Source: Epiperipatus broadwayi
Taxonomy: Eukaryota > Animalia > Onychophora
Assembly: GCA_028023455.1 (NCBI GenBank)
Contig: JAQFVV010000005.1
Coordinates: forward strand, 7,936,001 to 8,000,000
Length of the DNA stretch: 64,000 bases
Direction: 5' to 3'
Positions 10,279-23,838 of the stretch are shown in pieces. Both the position numbers and the translations under genes were made by a program. The notes under the pieces were generated by a model, which worked only from the letters and a program-made list of their open reading frames with translations, was not told the DNA's origin and searched no databases. The first letter of the stretch is position 1. Every line of letters begins with the position of its first letter.

Positions 10279-13200
10279 TTTTGATGTTTAAATAAATAAC
10301 CACAATAAAAAACACTTACCTTGACTATTTCTAGGCTCATATTGGAACACTTTTTTAATATAATTATTAATTTCTGCTTTTTTCTTGCTATACGATGTAC
10401 ACATGAGATATTCATTAGGCGCCATAAAAGGACCACAGCCAGAAAATGCTTGTCTTTTTTTTAGTTTAATCCACCAGTCATATTTAAGCCTCCTGTTCTT
10501 TCTTTAACTTATACTTTCACATGTTTATATTTAGTATGAAATTCCATATTTAATCTGACAAACAGAAAATAATAAGGGCATTGCCAGAAAACTAGTCTTA
10601 ATTGTTTTTTTTTAGCAAACCAAAGAATGGATTTACTTGTATCCATAACACATTCTTTAAGGGAGTAATGTGAATGTCATGAAGATCTAAATTAGCACAT
10701 TTAATGTTTTATAGCTGCTAAAATGGAGTATGTATAGATAAATTCTAAAGAATGAAAACAATTTTCTATAAACATGATTTGAATTAAGGCATTTTTATAA
10801 TGATAAAAATGTTCTTACAATTTTAACTTTGAAACATACTAATCTGTGATGTAAGTTCTTACATAATACAAACTCTTGCATTCTGACTCCTAAGTAAAAT
10901 ATAATTTATTAATATCATTGTTTTGAATGTGGATATATTCATTTTCCTTTATGGCAATTTCTTGCCTCAACAATTGTGCCAAAATTCAATAACTTCAGAC
11001 TATTTGATTTATAGCACTAATATTACTATTTCTAACAAATCTGACCAAAAAAAGTCTATTATTTGTAGTAAGATGTAATTTAAATCATCGGAAAGAAAAA
11101 TTTAAGCCTTTAAAATGATATTCTTGTAATAAGGTCAACCAGTGAGGAATAAAAGCTTTATCTGTGTTCTCTGAATCTAATGTTGAAGCATAGATATTAA
11201 CAAAATAGGCATTGATGTCATTGTGCAAATCAAATTTTTAATTTGTTACAATGAAGAATTCCAAGAATATTAAATTAGATTTCACAGCAAATCGAGCATT
11301 ATATATTCTCTTTTTCTAATTGATCTGTCTTTTCAAAAATACATGTAGTCATCTACCTAGTCTATTAATCTTCTTCTGGAATATGAATTTCACTAAGAGC
11401 AGATGTGTTGATCTTAAAACCTTAAAAATAAGTACAGATCTCCATTTTTGTATCATGCAATGATAACATATTTCATATATCTATATTTGAAAAAAAAAAA
11501 CAGATTTATAATACTTACATTTAGTACCATTATTAATTCCTGTTTTAATGTTACTAATATTATAATATTGATTTTTCGGTTTGTTTGTATTTCTAATTCA
11601 AATTTGCAAATGTTTGTTTGTGTAATAAAGTGATTTCTTTCTTTTCTATAATCTAATGTTAACTGCACTTTTGATAAAGTTGACCATAACCATAGCTCTC
11701 TTAAATTATATTACTGCTGCTGTTTTATTTAAATTGTAATTAGGTAATCATTTTTATATAAATTATCTCATTTAAATATTTATTGATAATATTATTATTT
11801 TTATCACTTTAAATGACTTATTCATTACGAATAATAATATTTAGATTGTATAAAACAGGCATTTTGGACCACATTTCTTGGTACTTTCCACTTCTGAAGT
11901 AGGTAATAATTTTTTTTAATATGGCTGCTTAAACATTTAATTGTCACCCAACTAAAATTCCTATCTCAAATTCAACTTTAACATTTAAATATTTAAAAAT
12001 GGTTTAAAAAAACAATATCTTAATAAAATTAGCATAATTATAATAATTCCATTAAACTCATTATAAAAAAAAAAAAATGGTTTATTGACTACTGTTTCTT
12101 TGAAATTACAATTTAATCTTGATTTTTTTATTTTTTTATTTAAGTAAATGTCAGTACTTTCAATTCATTTTATTTCTTGATCCTTGAAAAATATCTTTCA
12201 CTGAATGAAGAAACTTATTTATAGATTACCAAGTCAAAAAAACTGGTAAAAATATTGATTCTGAGCATATTTGACAATTTATCTTGATTATTGATACAAA
12301 ATCAATCTTTGTATTTGGAAAATGAAAATAAAGACATCACATTGTTTTTAAATTCTTCTTCAGTAAACCCTTCTTTCTGAAAGGCTTCAACATTCTGCCC
12401 AATTGTAATTCTTCATTATTTTCTATTTTTAACTGTATTTTTCCACTAAAATAATCAGTAATGTAATTTTTTAGAATATCTTCAAGTTAATCTTTATAAC
12501 ATAATTGAAGTCTGCCTTTTTCATGAAAAATATCCTCAAGTTTATCATAAAATTTTTTGTAGAAAGAATTGTATTGTTCATTTATTTCTCATGTTTCACC
12601 CAATGATGTTATTTTACAATAGGATCATATCTACGAAATTGAATAATATATTTATTAGTTTTACGAATTTGCCATTATATTTTTAGAATTGTGTGATGCA
12701 TCTTTAAATGAAATTTTTATAATGCCTTTATGGTATATCAATAGGGGATCCAAATCTTATTTTCATATAAATTAAGTAAAATAACAGCTTCATAATCATT
12801 TTATTTATTTCAATGTAATAGCATATAAAAGCGATTTACCCACTGAAGAAGAAGCTGTAAGTATCAACCAAAAAATCAAATCAATAACTACCTTAATTTT
12901 TTAAAAGCAGCAACAGCACACTGAGTTTATGATACCTGTTGCCATTTAAATCCATTATACTGTAAATGACCTTTTAAATCAAGAATAGAGAAACTATCAC
13001 TTTACTATAAATGTAAAATTCAAGGAGATAAAAACATTATTTTTAGCTTTCCATTAGTTCAAATTAAATAGTCCACCATCAAACTTATTTTCAATCTTGA
13101 AGCTGCCCATAAACAATTGTAAGATTGTTATAATTGGGAACAAAATTGTTATGAGTAACAATCATTATTCATTATAAGTTTTTATTTCAAATGCCTTAGA

Positions 13201-13479
13201 TTTTTTTTTTTTGCATGTAATAATATTTTCTCTTATTTCATTATATAGAAGATATATAAAATAAATAAACAATAAAAAACAAACAAGTAATTTCAAATAG
13301 TAGCACAAACTTCTTTTATTAATTGAGTTGTTGAACTAAAAAGAAAAGCAATATACAAATATTTTTTTTTATTCTGATACATTCTGAAAATAAAAAATAT
13401 ATCTATAGTGTTTTTGATTTTTAAAAACTATATTGATTCTCTAGTAACTATTTACTGATGACTGATAGCAATGTATTCA

Positions 13480-13860
13480 ACAATATATTTCAAAGTACCT
13501 TTGCTGCATGTAGTGGATAATAATGCTATTTTATAGTAATTATTGCAATTTTATTTACTTCTTTCAGATGACAAAATTTTATGAGTCCATATCTACTTAA
13601 AATATTTCAATATTTTTAAAATGAATATGTTATCAGCATATTTTAACATTTCTCCAGATATTTTTATCAGTGACTACAGTCCTTCCATTTTTAAGATTAT
13701 AAAAAGATGCTTTGATTTCACTAAATTGGATATTTTTGTCCAAATGTACTGAGTAGCTAAAGTAGATATAACATTAAAAGATGTAATTTTAATTCCTGTA
13801 ACTTTACTCAAAAGATTATTAAAATATTCTTTTCACTTTTTAAAATATATTTGTCATCAT
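13480..13860 (-). pseudogene. Degraded LINE reverse transcriptase fragment (RTE/CR1-like)
   Basis: Minus-strand translation with stops and shifts: K*KEYFNNLL ... EIKASFYNLKNGRTVVTD / ISGEMLKYAD ... IW ... CNNYYKIALLST, matching the pre-RT and domain 0-1 region of APE-type LINEs. Confidence 0.6.
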
Positions 13861-15190
13861 ATAAGAAAATGTCATGGATAAAATTAATAGTATTATACTT
13901 TTTTTAACTTCATATGTTACTTTAAGTTAACATTAACCTACTTTTATTTCTTAAAGATCCATCATTTCACATTTGTGAAAGCAAAATTTTACATATGCAC
14001 TCATATAATAAAGATAAAATGATATATATAAAAAATAAATATAAAAACTTACTCCCACCACACATTATGTCAAAAATAAACAATAATCATTCTATTCTAA
14101 ATATCTATTTTACTAAATAGATTATTCATAGTAAGCCTATGCAATATTGTTGAAACATTTACAGTCTAAAGTAACTTATACACAAAACATAACTCATTGA
14201 GTCTATAATTGTATTTCGCTATTTACAGTAATAAAGATCACTTTATAAACAGTTTATAATTACTTACTCATTAATCTGTTGTTAAAATTGATTAAATTGG
14301 CATTGACACTCTGCTTCAACATTATTTGGCAGCTATCAAATTTAATCAACAGTGCAACATTCGTGGGTTTGACATTTCTTCTTAGCTTGTGTAAATCACA
14401 GCTGTCCTCTCATATTCAAACATCATCAGCTAACATCAGGTATGGCTAAGATGATAACATGTCCCCAGGAGATAAGCCCTTGATTTCAATACTTTTAAAA
14501 TAAGCAACTATAGATTCTCACAATAATTGCAATAATCATCCCTTAACAAAAAAAAATCTCTTTAATTTATCCCTTTTTTTTCTTTTTTCACTCCCCATAC
14601 ACACTTTTAATTAATTTTTCTTTTCCAAATAGGATTCTCACTTTTTGGATATTTTTCGAAAAAGTTGCAACTAAAATGTTTTATTCTTTTGTTTCCTAAT
14701 TTTAGCGGCAGAAAACGTTTAAAAAACCTATAATTAATAAAAAATATTTTAGCTAGAATAATTCTCAACCAAAAAAAAAAAAAAAAGTCAAACATTGCAG
14801 TCTAATCCTTTGGGCAGATAAAGAACTTTTAAATTGATTAAATGTAAAATAACACATTTATTTTATATTCTTATAAAATTTTAAACTACAAAATAATGAA
14901 ACTACTAAAAATAACCAAGATATTAAATTTTAAGGTATTTATTTACATATGAGATGGCAGAAAATATCATCTCAATATATACATAAATATTAGCCATTAA
15001 ACTAAAATGTAATGTGACTGGCCAAAGAATATGATTAATCTACAATTAGGTTTGTTAAAAAATAAATAATATAGTTTGCTTGATATTTCCATAATCATGA
15101 GCTTTTTTTCTATCCATATTTCCCACACTACTGTCTTTTTCTTTAGGCACCTTTGATGTAAGAATGTTGTTTTAAAAGACATTATACTTG

Positions 15191-18100
15191 TGAATTTGTT
15201 GCCATATTCTTATTTATTTTCCATTCTATTAAAATTTTGCTTCATCTGATTATATCATTGCTGTATTAATAAAACAGGCAAGACTCTCCATAACAGTAGT
15301 CCCACTCAGTGCAATCCAGAGTAATCAATGGATCCCAAAAGGCTTGTGCATAAAATCCCTATCTAGTGCCTACTCATCCAATATCCCCAGACTAGATTCT
15401 AGTTTGTGACTTTCATTAGTGAGGAAACCACAGTAATTAATGGATGCCAGAAGGCTTATGCATAAAATCGCTATCTAGTGCCTACTTATCCAACACCCCC
15501 AGACTAGATTCTAGCTAGTGGTTTTCATCAGTGAGGACTTTCCTCACTGATGAAAGTCACCAGTTAGAATCTGGTCTGGGGATATTGGATAAGTAGGCAC
15601 TCGATAGGGATTTTATGCACAAGCCTTCTGGCATCCATTGATTACTCTGGCTTGCACTGAGTGGCACTACTGTATAAAGTTTTGCCTGTTTTAATAACAA
15701 TTATGAGCAAGCATAAGAAATGGTGATTATGTGATGCTGTATTAGTATTAACTCCTCCATTAACTGGCTTATTATATGCATTTATCATTGGATTTTCCAC
15801 TTTACTTTTTAATTCTTTAGACTACAGATTTTACTTTTTTTTTTTATTTCATGAAAACAAATATTTTGGGATGAAAAAAATAATAAAATTTATTTCTTTC
15901 CATCAGCCAGCTATTTCCATTATGAACTGGATATGTTTTAGACAAGACTACTTTTCTCATCTTACATATTCCTCTTATTTTAGTAATTAAATTGTTTTTT
16001 TATATTATACTAGATACTGCCCACAACATTTTGAGTGGTATTATTTTTCTCTCTTCTTCAGATATGAATAAAACTTGGACTTTTAGAATTATGAATATTG
16101 AATTTAGGGTAAATTCCTAACCAACTAAGATATTCTGTCAAAGGCATCAGTCAGAAAAATTTCAAATATTTATTTTTGTGGATTCTTCTGATTTCTCCAT
16201 ATTTTTTAAAGAGCAAGATTAGTTAGTGTCTTCCAGGCATTATGTATTATTACAGTAGGTTGACTTACAGAATTATTTAACATTGTCATGTGAGCAGTTT
16301 TTTTGAACATTCTTTTTTTTACCTCTTCTTCTCTATCAATATTTTTGTATTTTCCCTAATTGAACATATATTCCCATTATTACACACATAGTTTGCTGCT
16401 TTAGATACATCTGATTTCGCTTTTCAAATCAGTAGTTTGTGTATTTTGAATTACTTTTCAATGGATAATTGGTCTCACCAATATACTTCCACATTTATGT
16501 GGTATTTCATAGATGTACATTTGTTTTAACAATTCAATTTTAGATTTTGTAGAGTTATCAAGTATTATATAACATTTAACAGCTGTTCTGATGCTTTATT
16601 AATTGCATAGTTTTGTTAGTTTATTTGCCATTTATGGTATATATAAATAAACTACAGTACCAATAAGTGTTTTCTTTTGACATTTTAATCTGCTGCCTCT
16701 TTAAGGCTTTTTAATGCCATCTGGATAACAAATATTCATCAGAGTTTATTTAATACAGATCTTTCATTTTTCCAAATCACTGGTTTTAGAACAAACATCT
16801 TTCATTCTGTTCCATAGCAATAAAATAACTTCATATTTGTTTTTCTGATATAATTGTATATACATGCTAATTTTTTTTCTGAGTGTGTGGATTTTCTGTA
16901 AACTGTAATTTTGATTTTGCCATGATAGAATCTTGTTAAAAGAACCTTTAAGAATATCAATCATTGTTATTGTTCTGATTCTATTGTGAATTTTTTTGAT
17001 ATGTTGTAGGTGTATGTCTAGAATATATGTAATTGTGTTTCACTCTGTGGCCATATGACATGTACTATTAACATAGTATAAACAAATTTTAAGTAAATAT
17101 GGAGTAGTATTTATGAAACTGATTTCAATTTCTTGCATGTAAATGTTGCTAATCAGTGATGATAGTGGTCAACCAACAACCATTCTTTCATTTGGTTGGA
17201 AGAATTACATGTTGTATTGAATGTGTTACTGTCTATCGAGAATGTTAATAATTTCAATAGAAACAGTTGTTCTGGTTTATAAACTATTATCATCATTTAA
17301 ACTTTCTTATAACAAACAATGCTTTATTACACATTACATTTGTGGATAAACATTCCATATCAAGCCTGCCAATATGTCAATTATTTCAATTTTTATGTTT
17401 TTGTTTGATAGTAAATATTTAGAAATAAATCCTCACAATGAACTGTGTTTTATATGAAAGAACTAAAAAAATTGAGAATAAATCTTAAATAATCTTGGAA
17501 AGGTGCATTTTTAGAATTAACAATAAGTTTTACTGAAAATAATTTTTAATTTTTTAGTAAACTATAAATATGAGAAATTTTATTGAAATACAATGTTAAT
17601 TTACCATTGCTGAATCAATGAAATATCTGTGGAGCATTCTGTATAATGTTTTTAACTTTTTCCTATACTTGATATCAGACTTTTAGCCACTTTCTGATAC
17701 TGAATTTCTGTAATGACTTTTAGTATTTTGTTATATAATGAGTTGCAGTCATTATAACTGTAGTATTGCCAGTAGAGAGAATGATTATTGATTTATATAA
17801 TTTGAGACTTATTAGCTTGTCTCACCATACAAACTATGTGATATCAGTATTTATTGCCTATCAAGTATTATTTTTATTTTTCAGCATAATTCTGCAGCTC
17901 CTTAGTGATGGCTATTATATATAATAAAGTGATATTAGATAATGTGATAGCAATGTTTTATTCTTTTTCAGCAAAATAATTTTTAGCATTTGTTATATGT
18001 TTAGAACTGAGATTTTTAGCAGTTGAAGTTGATAGGTTGTTTGATGGAGTCTGATTTTTATAGTTCCATGTAGGGTTATAGGTTTTTTCTTTTAATATTT

Positions 18101-18517
18101 TTTATTCTTTCATGTAATTTAGAATATTTCTTTAAACTTTTGTGAAGTACTTATTAGTAAATGCATTTTTAGAAAACATTCTCATAACTAATAGAATGTA
18201 AGGTTTGATCCTCAGAAACACTTGAGCATTTATTTTTTCCTTTAATAGGACCTCACTTGCTCTTTTCATAAGTTTCTCAGTTTCCTGATAATGAATTGAA
18301 GATTTTAGTTGCAATTCCTCAGGAACAATCACTTCATATTTATAAAAGAAAGTTAACAAATTTTCTTACTCTGGTTGATTTCTGATATATTTTTTCATAA
18401 TGTCTAAAGTTTGTCATAATATTAGAATCATGAAGAATATATAGGGTTTGCCCTAAGATTTGTGATGATGGCATTTTAGTAATAATTTTATATTAAACTA
18501 TTTTTATAATATAATAT
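15191..18517 (-). mobile_element. Dead Penelope-like element, copy 1
   Basis: Degenerate minus-strand RT motifs: GNTTVIM, G*PLSSLISNIYMQEIE, YVNS in place of YVDD (17064..17075), FTIESEQ..LIFLKVLL, GKIKITVYRKSTH. C-terminal ENPMINAYNKPVNGG resembles the GIY-YIG end. Carries a hammerhead-like foldback at 15271..15692. Confidence 0.85.
15271..15692. mobile_element. Foldback with ~112-bp internal tandem unit and three hammerhead-like motifs (family 3)
   Basis: Arms begin aaaacaggc and end gcctgtttt; symmetry centre ~15539. The left arm contains an extra ~112-bp copy. Motif CCTCA CTGATGA ... GAAT CT(A/G)G TC TGGGG at 15385..15424 (-; core reads CTAATGA), 15497..15536 (-) and 15542..15581 (+). 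Confidence 0.8.
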
Positions 18518-20826
18518 TGTAACAGTCAAATCAATAAGACTGAAAGACCAAGCAGGAACTCTCAATCAGCAGATAAACCTCTACCTAGGCTTTCTAGTCT
18601 CAACCACCTAATTGACATCAATTATGTCACATAGTTTTTGTTCTTCATACAGCATGACCTAGCTCAGAGTACTAACAGATAATCTCTCAGAGTTCTTCTC
18701 TTGACTTGGGATTGGTGCACCTTAGCCCACAATTTTACACATTGGAATTGCATTATTAATCATGACCCTATTTAGGTATACTACTAAATCAAACTTTATA
18801 TTAATTTTACAGATGTGATTAGACATGACTTTCTATGAATTAGGTTTGCATCTCAGAATGCCCATTTTTTTATACTTAACAATATACTTAATTCTCTGTA
18901 GTTATTTTATAGTTCCAACATATAGAAAACACACTTCAAATTAATCATAATAATAAATGCTTATATAGGTAGCTTAAAAGTTAATTTAATAAAATGATTT
19001 CATTATTTTTTACATTATTATAAACAGAAGTAATAGCAGTTTACATATTAGTATGTGCCCAAATTGAACAGTGATTAATCTTAACAAATAACTATCAGTC
19101 ATTATGGCTTTTGAGATACCAATTAGTAGAAGTGTATTATGACAATGGCCATTGTGCACAGGTTTGATTCTTCAGTCATGCAGAGGTACACACATATAGG
19201 TGAAGATTAAAGTAAATGAATAATTTAAATATTGCAGTTCTACTTTCACTATAATCTCTATCCACAGTCATATGGAGTACTAATAGGCTTTAAGATCAGC
19301 TTGGTGATCAAATGGTATGGTTCACCACTAAGAATGGATGTCTCTGGCTGCAGAGATGCTTTTGCTTCTGACCATGGGCATATTCCAGAGGAGAGAGTGG
19401 AGATGTGCTAAATCTAGGATTTGGGGTCACAAGGAGTCTACAGCTCCCTGCAGAATCTAATCCTACACTAATACATGGATTAGGAATCAAGGCATGTGGT
19501 GTCTGGTCTCCCCTTATGTAGTTTGACCATATGATGTCTGATCCATACAGGGGATACAATGGTAATGAAGGTGTAATAATGATGATAAACCAAAACAGCA
19601 AAGTTAGAGAGCAGGAATGCAAAATTGTAAATAAGTATAGTAATAATAATCATAATGAGATAAATCTTCCACCCACACTACAAACTATTATGAATTCATT
19701 TTTATTAACTAAAGTCACCCTGGATAATCACAGAGTTCAGATATACTCCTCACCTGCTCACAAATAATATTCATTAATAAATCTTAACTTAGAGTCTTTA
19801 ATATCATAATATAGAATATATGGGGGTACTATCACTCATAATGTGGCTGATAGCTTGCAGCTCATGTTCACATTTCCTATTTACAACAAGTGTTTTAATT
19901 TACATAGCATATAGTGTATATAGGTAATGTGGTACAGATATTTAGATAATATTGCAATATTGCCTTCACACAATATATCCTTGATGATAATGCTGAAGAA
20001 TTTTTAAATTTATTTTCTGTTCATGAAATATTTTTTCACATGTATGTACTCTTGCCTAGATTCTACTTTTTTCAATTTTACTTTCAAAATACTTTTCATG
20101 TTATTTCACTGCATCTTAATTACCAAATGAAAAATATTTTTTTCATCATTAAAATCTTGAACTCTCATATATTTCTTTTAAGTACATTTAAGGTTTTTGA
20201 ATTTTATGCTTTTTAATTTAACTTTTCTTATATTCTCATATTTATTTTTCTTTGTTTTCCTTCACAGATATTTTCATGTTTGTTTTAAGTTCATATTCAT
20301 CAACTTTTAGGTTATCACTAACATCAATTTTCTTTTTAAACTTTTCTATTATTTCAATATTTTTTATATTTTTGTCAAGTGCCATTTATTTCTATTTTAT
20401 CTACATTCTTCTCTGACTTTATATAGTGAATATTAATATATTATTGAATGTCATTTCCTTGATATTTAGAAATTCTTATTCAAAATTATTTTTTTAACAT
20501 CTTTTGAAGGAAATAATATCTTTAAGTCATTTGTTATATCTATAGTTTTTTTTATTAGATACTATCAATGCTTGTTCAATATGTTTTATTTTCCATAACT
20601 TTTAATTTATCAATGAGTCTATCTTTGCATTACAATAACTCATTTCTATAGTATTGTTCAATTCTGCTATATTTTGTATGTCAAATTCTTTAATTTGACA
20701 TACTTACTTCATTTATTATCTCACTTTATTTATTGTCTTTTTTTTCTCTAAATTTACTCATATCTTTTTAAAGTATTTATTAACAGTTTGTATAATTTTT
20801 GACATTTCTTTCCAATTATATCCTTA

Positions 20827-23800
20827 TGAATTTGTGGCCACTTTCTTATTTATTTTTAATTCTATTAAAATTTTGCTTCATCTGATTATATTATTGCTGT
20901 ATTTGTATTAACTCCCCCATTAACTGGCTCATTATATGCATTTATCATGGATTTATCCACTTTACTTTTTCATTCTTTAGACTACAGGCTTTACTTCTTT
21001 TATTTTTCCCTATTTCATAAAAAAATATTTTGGGGTGAAAAAAAGAATGGAATCTATTTTTTCCCATCAACCATCACTTCTATTATGAACTGGATATGTT
21101 TTAGACAAGTTTACTTTTCTCATCTTACGTATTCTACATTTTTTTTTAAAAAAACTATAATTTATTTTTTAGTAATTAAATTGTTTCTGGAATCTATTTT
21201 TTCCCATCAACCATCACTTCTATTATGAACTGGATATGTTTGAGACAAGTTTACTTTTTTCATCTTACGTATTCTACATTTTTTTAAAAAAAACTATAAT
21301 TTATTTTTTAGTAATTAAATTGTTTCTTATATTATACAAGATACTTTCCATAACATTTTGAGATGTATTATTTTTCTCTTCTTCAGGTATGAATCAAACT
21401 TGAATTTTTAGATTCATGGATATTGAATTAAAATAAATATCCAAGTAACTAAACTATTCTGTCAAAGGCAACAATTAGTAAAAATTTCAAATATTTGTTC
21501 TCTTGATTTCTTTGCTCTGAGAGCAAGATTAATTGGTATCTTCTAGGCATTATGTAGTACTATTCTAGGTTGACTTACAGAGTTATTCAGCATTGTCATG
21601 CAAGCAGTTTCTTTGAATTTTTTTCTTTATACCTCTTCTCTATGAATATTTTTGTATTTCCCCTAATTGAATGTATTCCCATGTTTACACACATAGTCTG
21701 CTACTTTAGATACATCTTATGTCTCTTTTTTAATCATTACTTTGTGTTTTTTATATCACCTTTCAATGGACAATTGGTTTCACCAACATATATCTTTCCA
21801 CATTTATGTAATATTTCATATATCAGCTTTTGTTTTTAACAAATCAAGTTTAGATTTTGTAGATTTATAAAGTGTGATATAATTTTGAAAAACTATACTG
21901 ATGTTTATTGATTGCATATTTTTGTTAGTTTGTCTGCTATTTCTGGTATGTATAGATACACTACAGTACCAACAAATGTTTTCTTCTAACATTCTAATAT
22001 ATTTCCTATTTAAAGTTTCCTTAATGATGTTTGGATAACCAATATTTATGAGAGTTTATTCAATATAGAGCTTTCCTTTTTTCAAATCACAAGTTTCAAA
22101 ACAAACTTTTTTTATTCTGTTCCATAGCCACAGTGATAAAATAAATTCACATTTTATTTTTCTGGTGTAACTGGATATACATGCAATTTTTTTTCTGAGT
22201 TTGTGGATTTTTTGTAAATGTAGTTTTGATTTTGCCATCACAGAATCTTCTTACAAGTACATTTAAGATTGTCATTCATTGTTATTGTTCTGATTCTATT
22301 ATGAATTTTATTGATATGTAGTTGGTGTGCATCTAGAATATATGTAATTGTGCTTTATCCTGCTCCCATACAATACATGTATCATTAACATAGCATAAAC
22401 AAATTTTACATATATAGAGAGTAGTATTTATGGCACCTGTTTCAACTTATTACATATAAATGTTGCTAATCAGGGGTAGCAGTGGTCAACCCACAACCAT
22501 TACTTGATTTGTTTAGAAGAATTCCATGTTGTATTGAAAGTATGTTATTGTTTATTCAGAATGTTAATGATTTCATTATTTTTTCAATAGAAACAGTTGT
22601 TCTGGTTTATAAGCTATTATCATCATTTAGCCTTTTTTGCAATAAACAATGCTTTATCACATGTTACATTTGTGAATAAATATTCCATATCAAGCTTGCC
22701 CTTATGTCACTTATTTCAGTATTTATGTTCTTGATACTATTTAGAAATTCTCACAATAAACTATGTCTTATATATTAAAGAACTTAAACATTTGAGAATA
22801 AACATTGAATAGTTTTGGAAAGGTAAATTTTTAGAGCCAACTATAAGTTTTAATGGAACCATAAAGATGAGGAATTTTGTTGAACTACAGTGTTAATTTA
22901 CTTTTTCTGAATCAATGAAATATCTGTGGAGCATTGTATTAATGTTTGTAATTTTTTCCTGCACTTGATATCAGATTTGTAACCACTTTTTGATATTGAC
23001 TTTCTGTGAGAGGGTTTTGTATTTTGTAACATTGCAATTGTAGCATTGACAGCAGAGACTATGATTATGGATTTATCTAGTTTGAGAGATGTAACAGCTT
23101 TTTTTTCATCATAGGAAATATTTGATATTAGTTTTTATTGCCTATCAAGTATTATGTTTATTCTTTAGCATAATTTTGATGTTACTTTTAAGAGGAATAT
23201 TTGAGTGACTTCCCCAGTAGCAGCTATTATATCTAACAAAGTGATATTAGATGTTGTGATGGAACTGTTTAATCATTTTTCAACAAAGGAAATTTTAGCA
23301 TTTATTATATATTTAAAACTGACATTTTTAGCAGTTGAAGTTAGTAGCTTGTTTGATGGAGTCTGATTTTGATAGTCCCATGTAGGGTTACAAGTTATTT
23401 GTTTTGGTATTATTTTATAATTTCATATAATTAAGAGGTTTTTTACTACTTGAGAAACTTGTGTGAAGTAATCATTAGCAAATGTATTTTTAGAAAATAT
23501 TCTATATAATTAATAGAATGTAAAGTTTGATCCTTAGAAAAGTCTTGAGCATTTACTTTTTCTTTTAACAGGACCTTAGTTGCTCTCTGTATAAGTTTCA
23601 CAGTTCCATGAGAATGAATTAAAGATTTTAATTGCGAACCCTCAGAAACAATCATTTCATATTTATAAAAAAAGGTAATTAATTTTCTACTCTGGTTGGT
23701 TTCTGATATATTTTTTCATAATGTCTCATGATTGACATAATGTTAAAACCATGAAGAATATATAGTGTTTGCCTTAAGATTTGTCATGATGACATTTTAG

Positions 23801-23838
23801 TAATAATTTTATATTAAACTATTTTCATAATCTAATAT
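20827..23838 (-). mobile_element. Dead Penelope-like element, copy 2
   Basis: Colinear with 15191..18517 (roughly 80-85% identical by eye). G*PLLPLISNIYM (~22450..22500), YVND (22381..22392), LQKIHKL/VYRK region. Confidence 0.85.
21049..21328. repeat. 140-bp near-perfect tandem duplication inside Penelope copy 2
   Basis: ggaatctattttt...aaattgtttct starts at 21049 and 21189; single in copy 1. Confidence 0.95.

Larger units (their letters stand above)
4459..10290 (-). mobile_element. Near full-length, inactivated L1/Tx1-clade LINE
   Basis: Two-ORF layout on minus strand (ORF1 with RRM-like segment and CCHC; ORF2 APE endonuclease, RT and C-terminal Cys/His motif). AATAAA (plus-strand tttatt 4482..4487) and A12 tail (T-run 4459..4470). 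5' end approximate; no TSD found. Confidence 0.9.

Noticed and set aside
20830-20895. CAGATGA...GAAA at the 3' end of the Penelope copies as a pLTR hammerhead
   Set aside because: The core reads CAGATGA in both copies and no stems II or III can be formed.
16764-23655. Lys/Ile-rich ORF fragments first suspected to be cGLR paralogues
   Set aside because: Joining the frames yields Penelope RT motifs (GxPLS..NIYM, YVxx, VYRK), not Mab-21 motifs.
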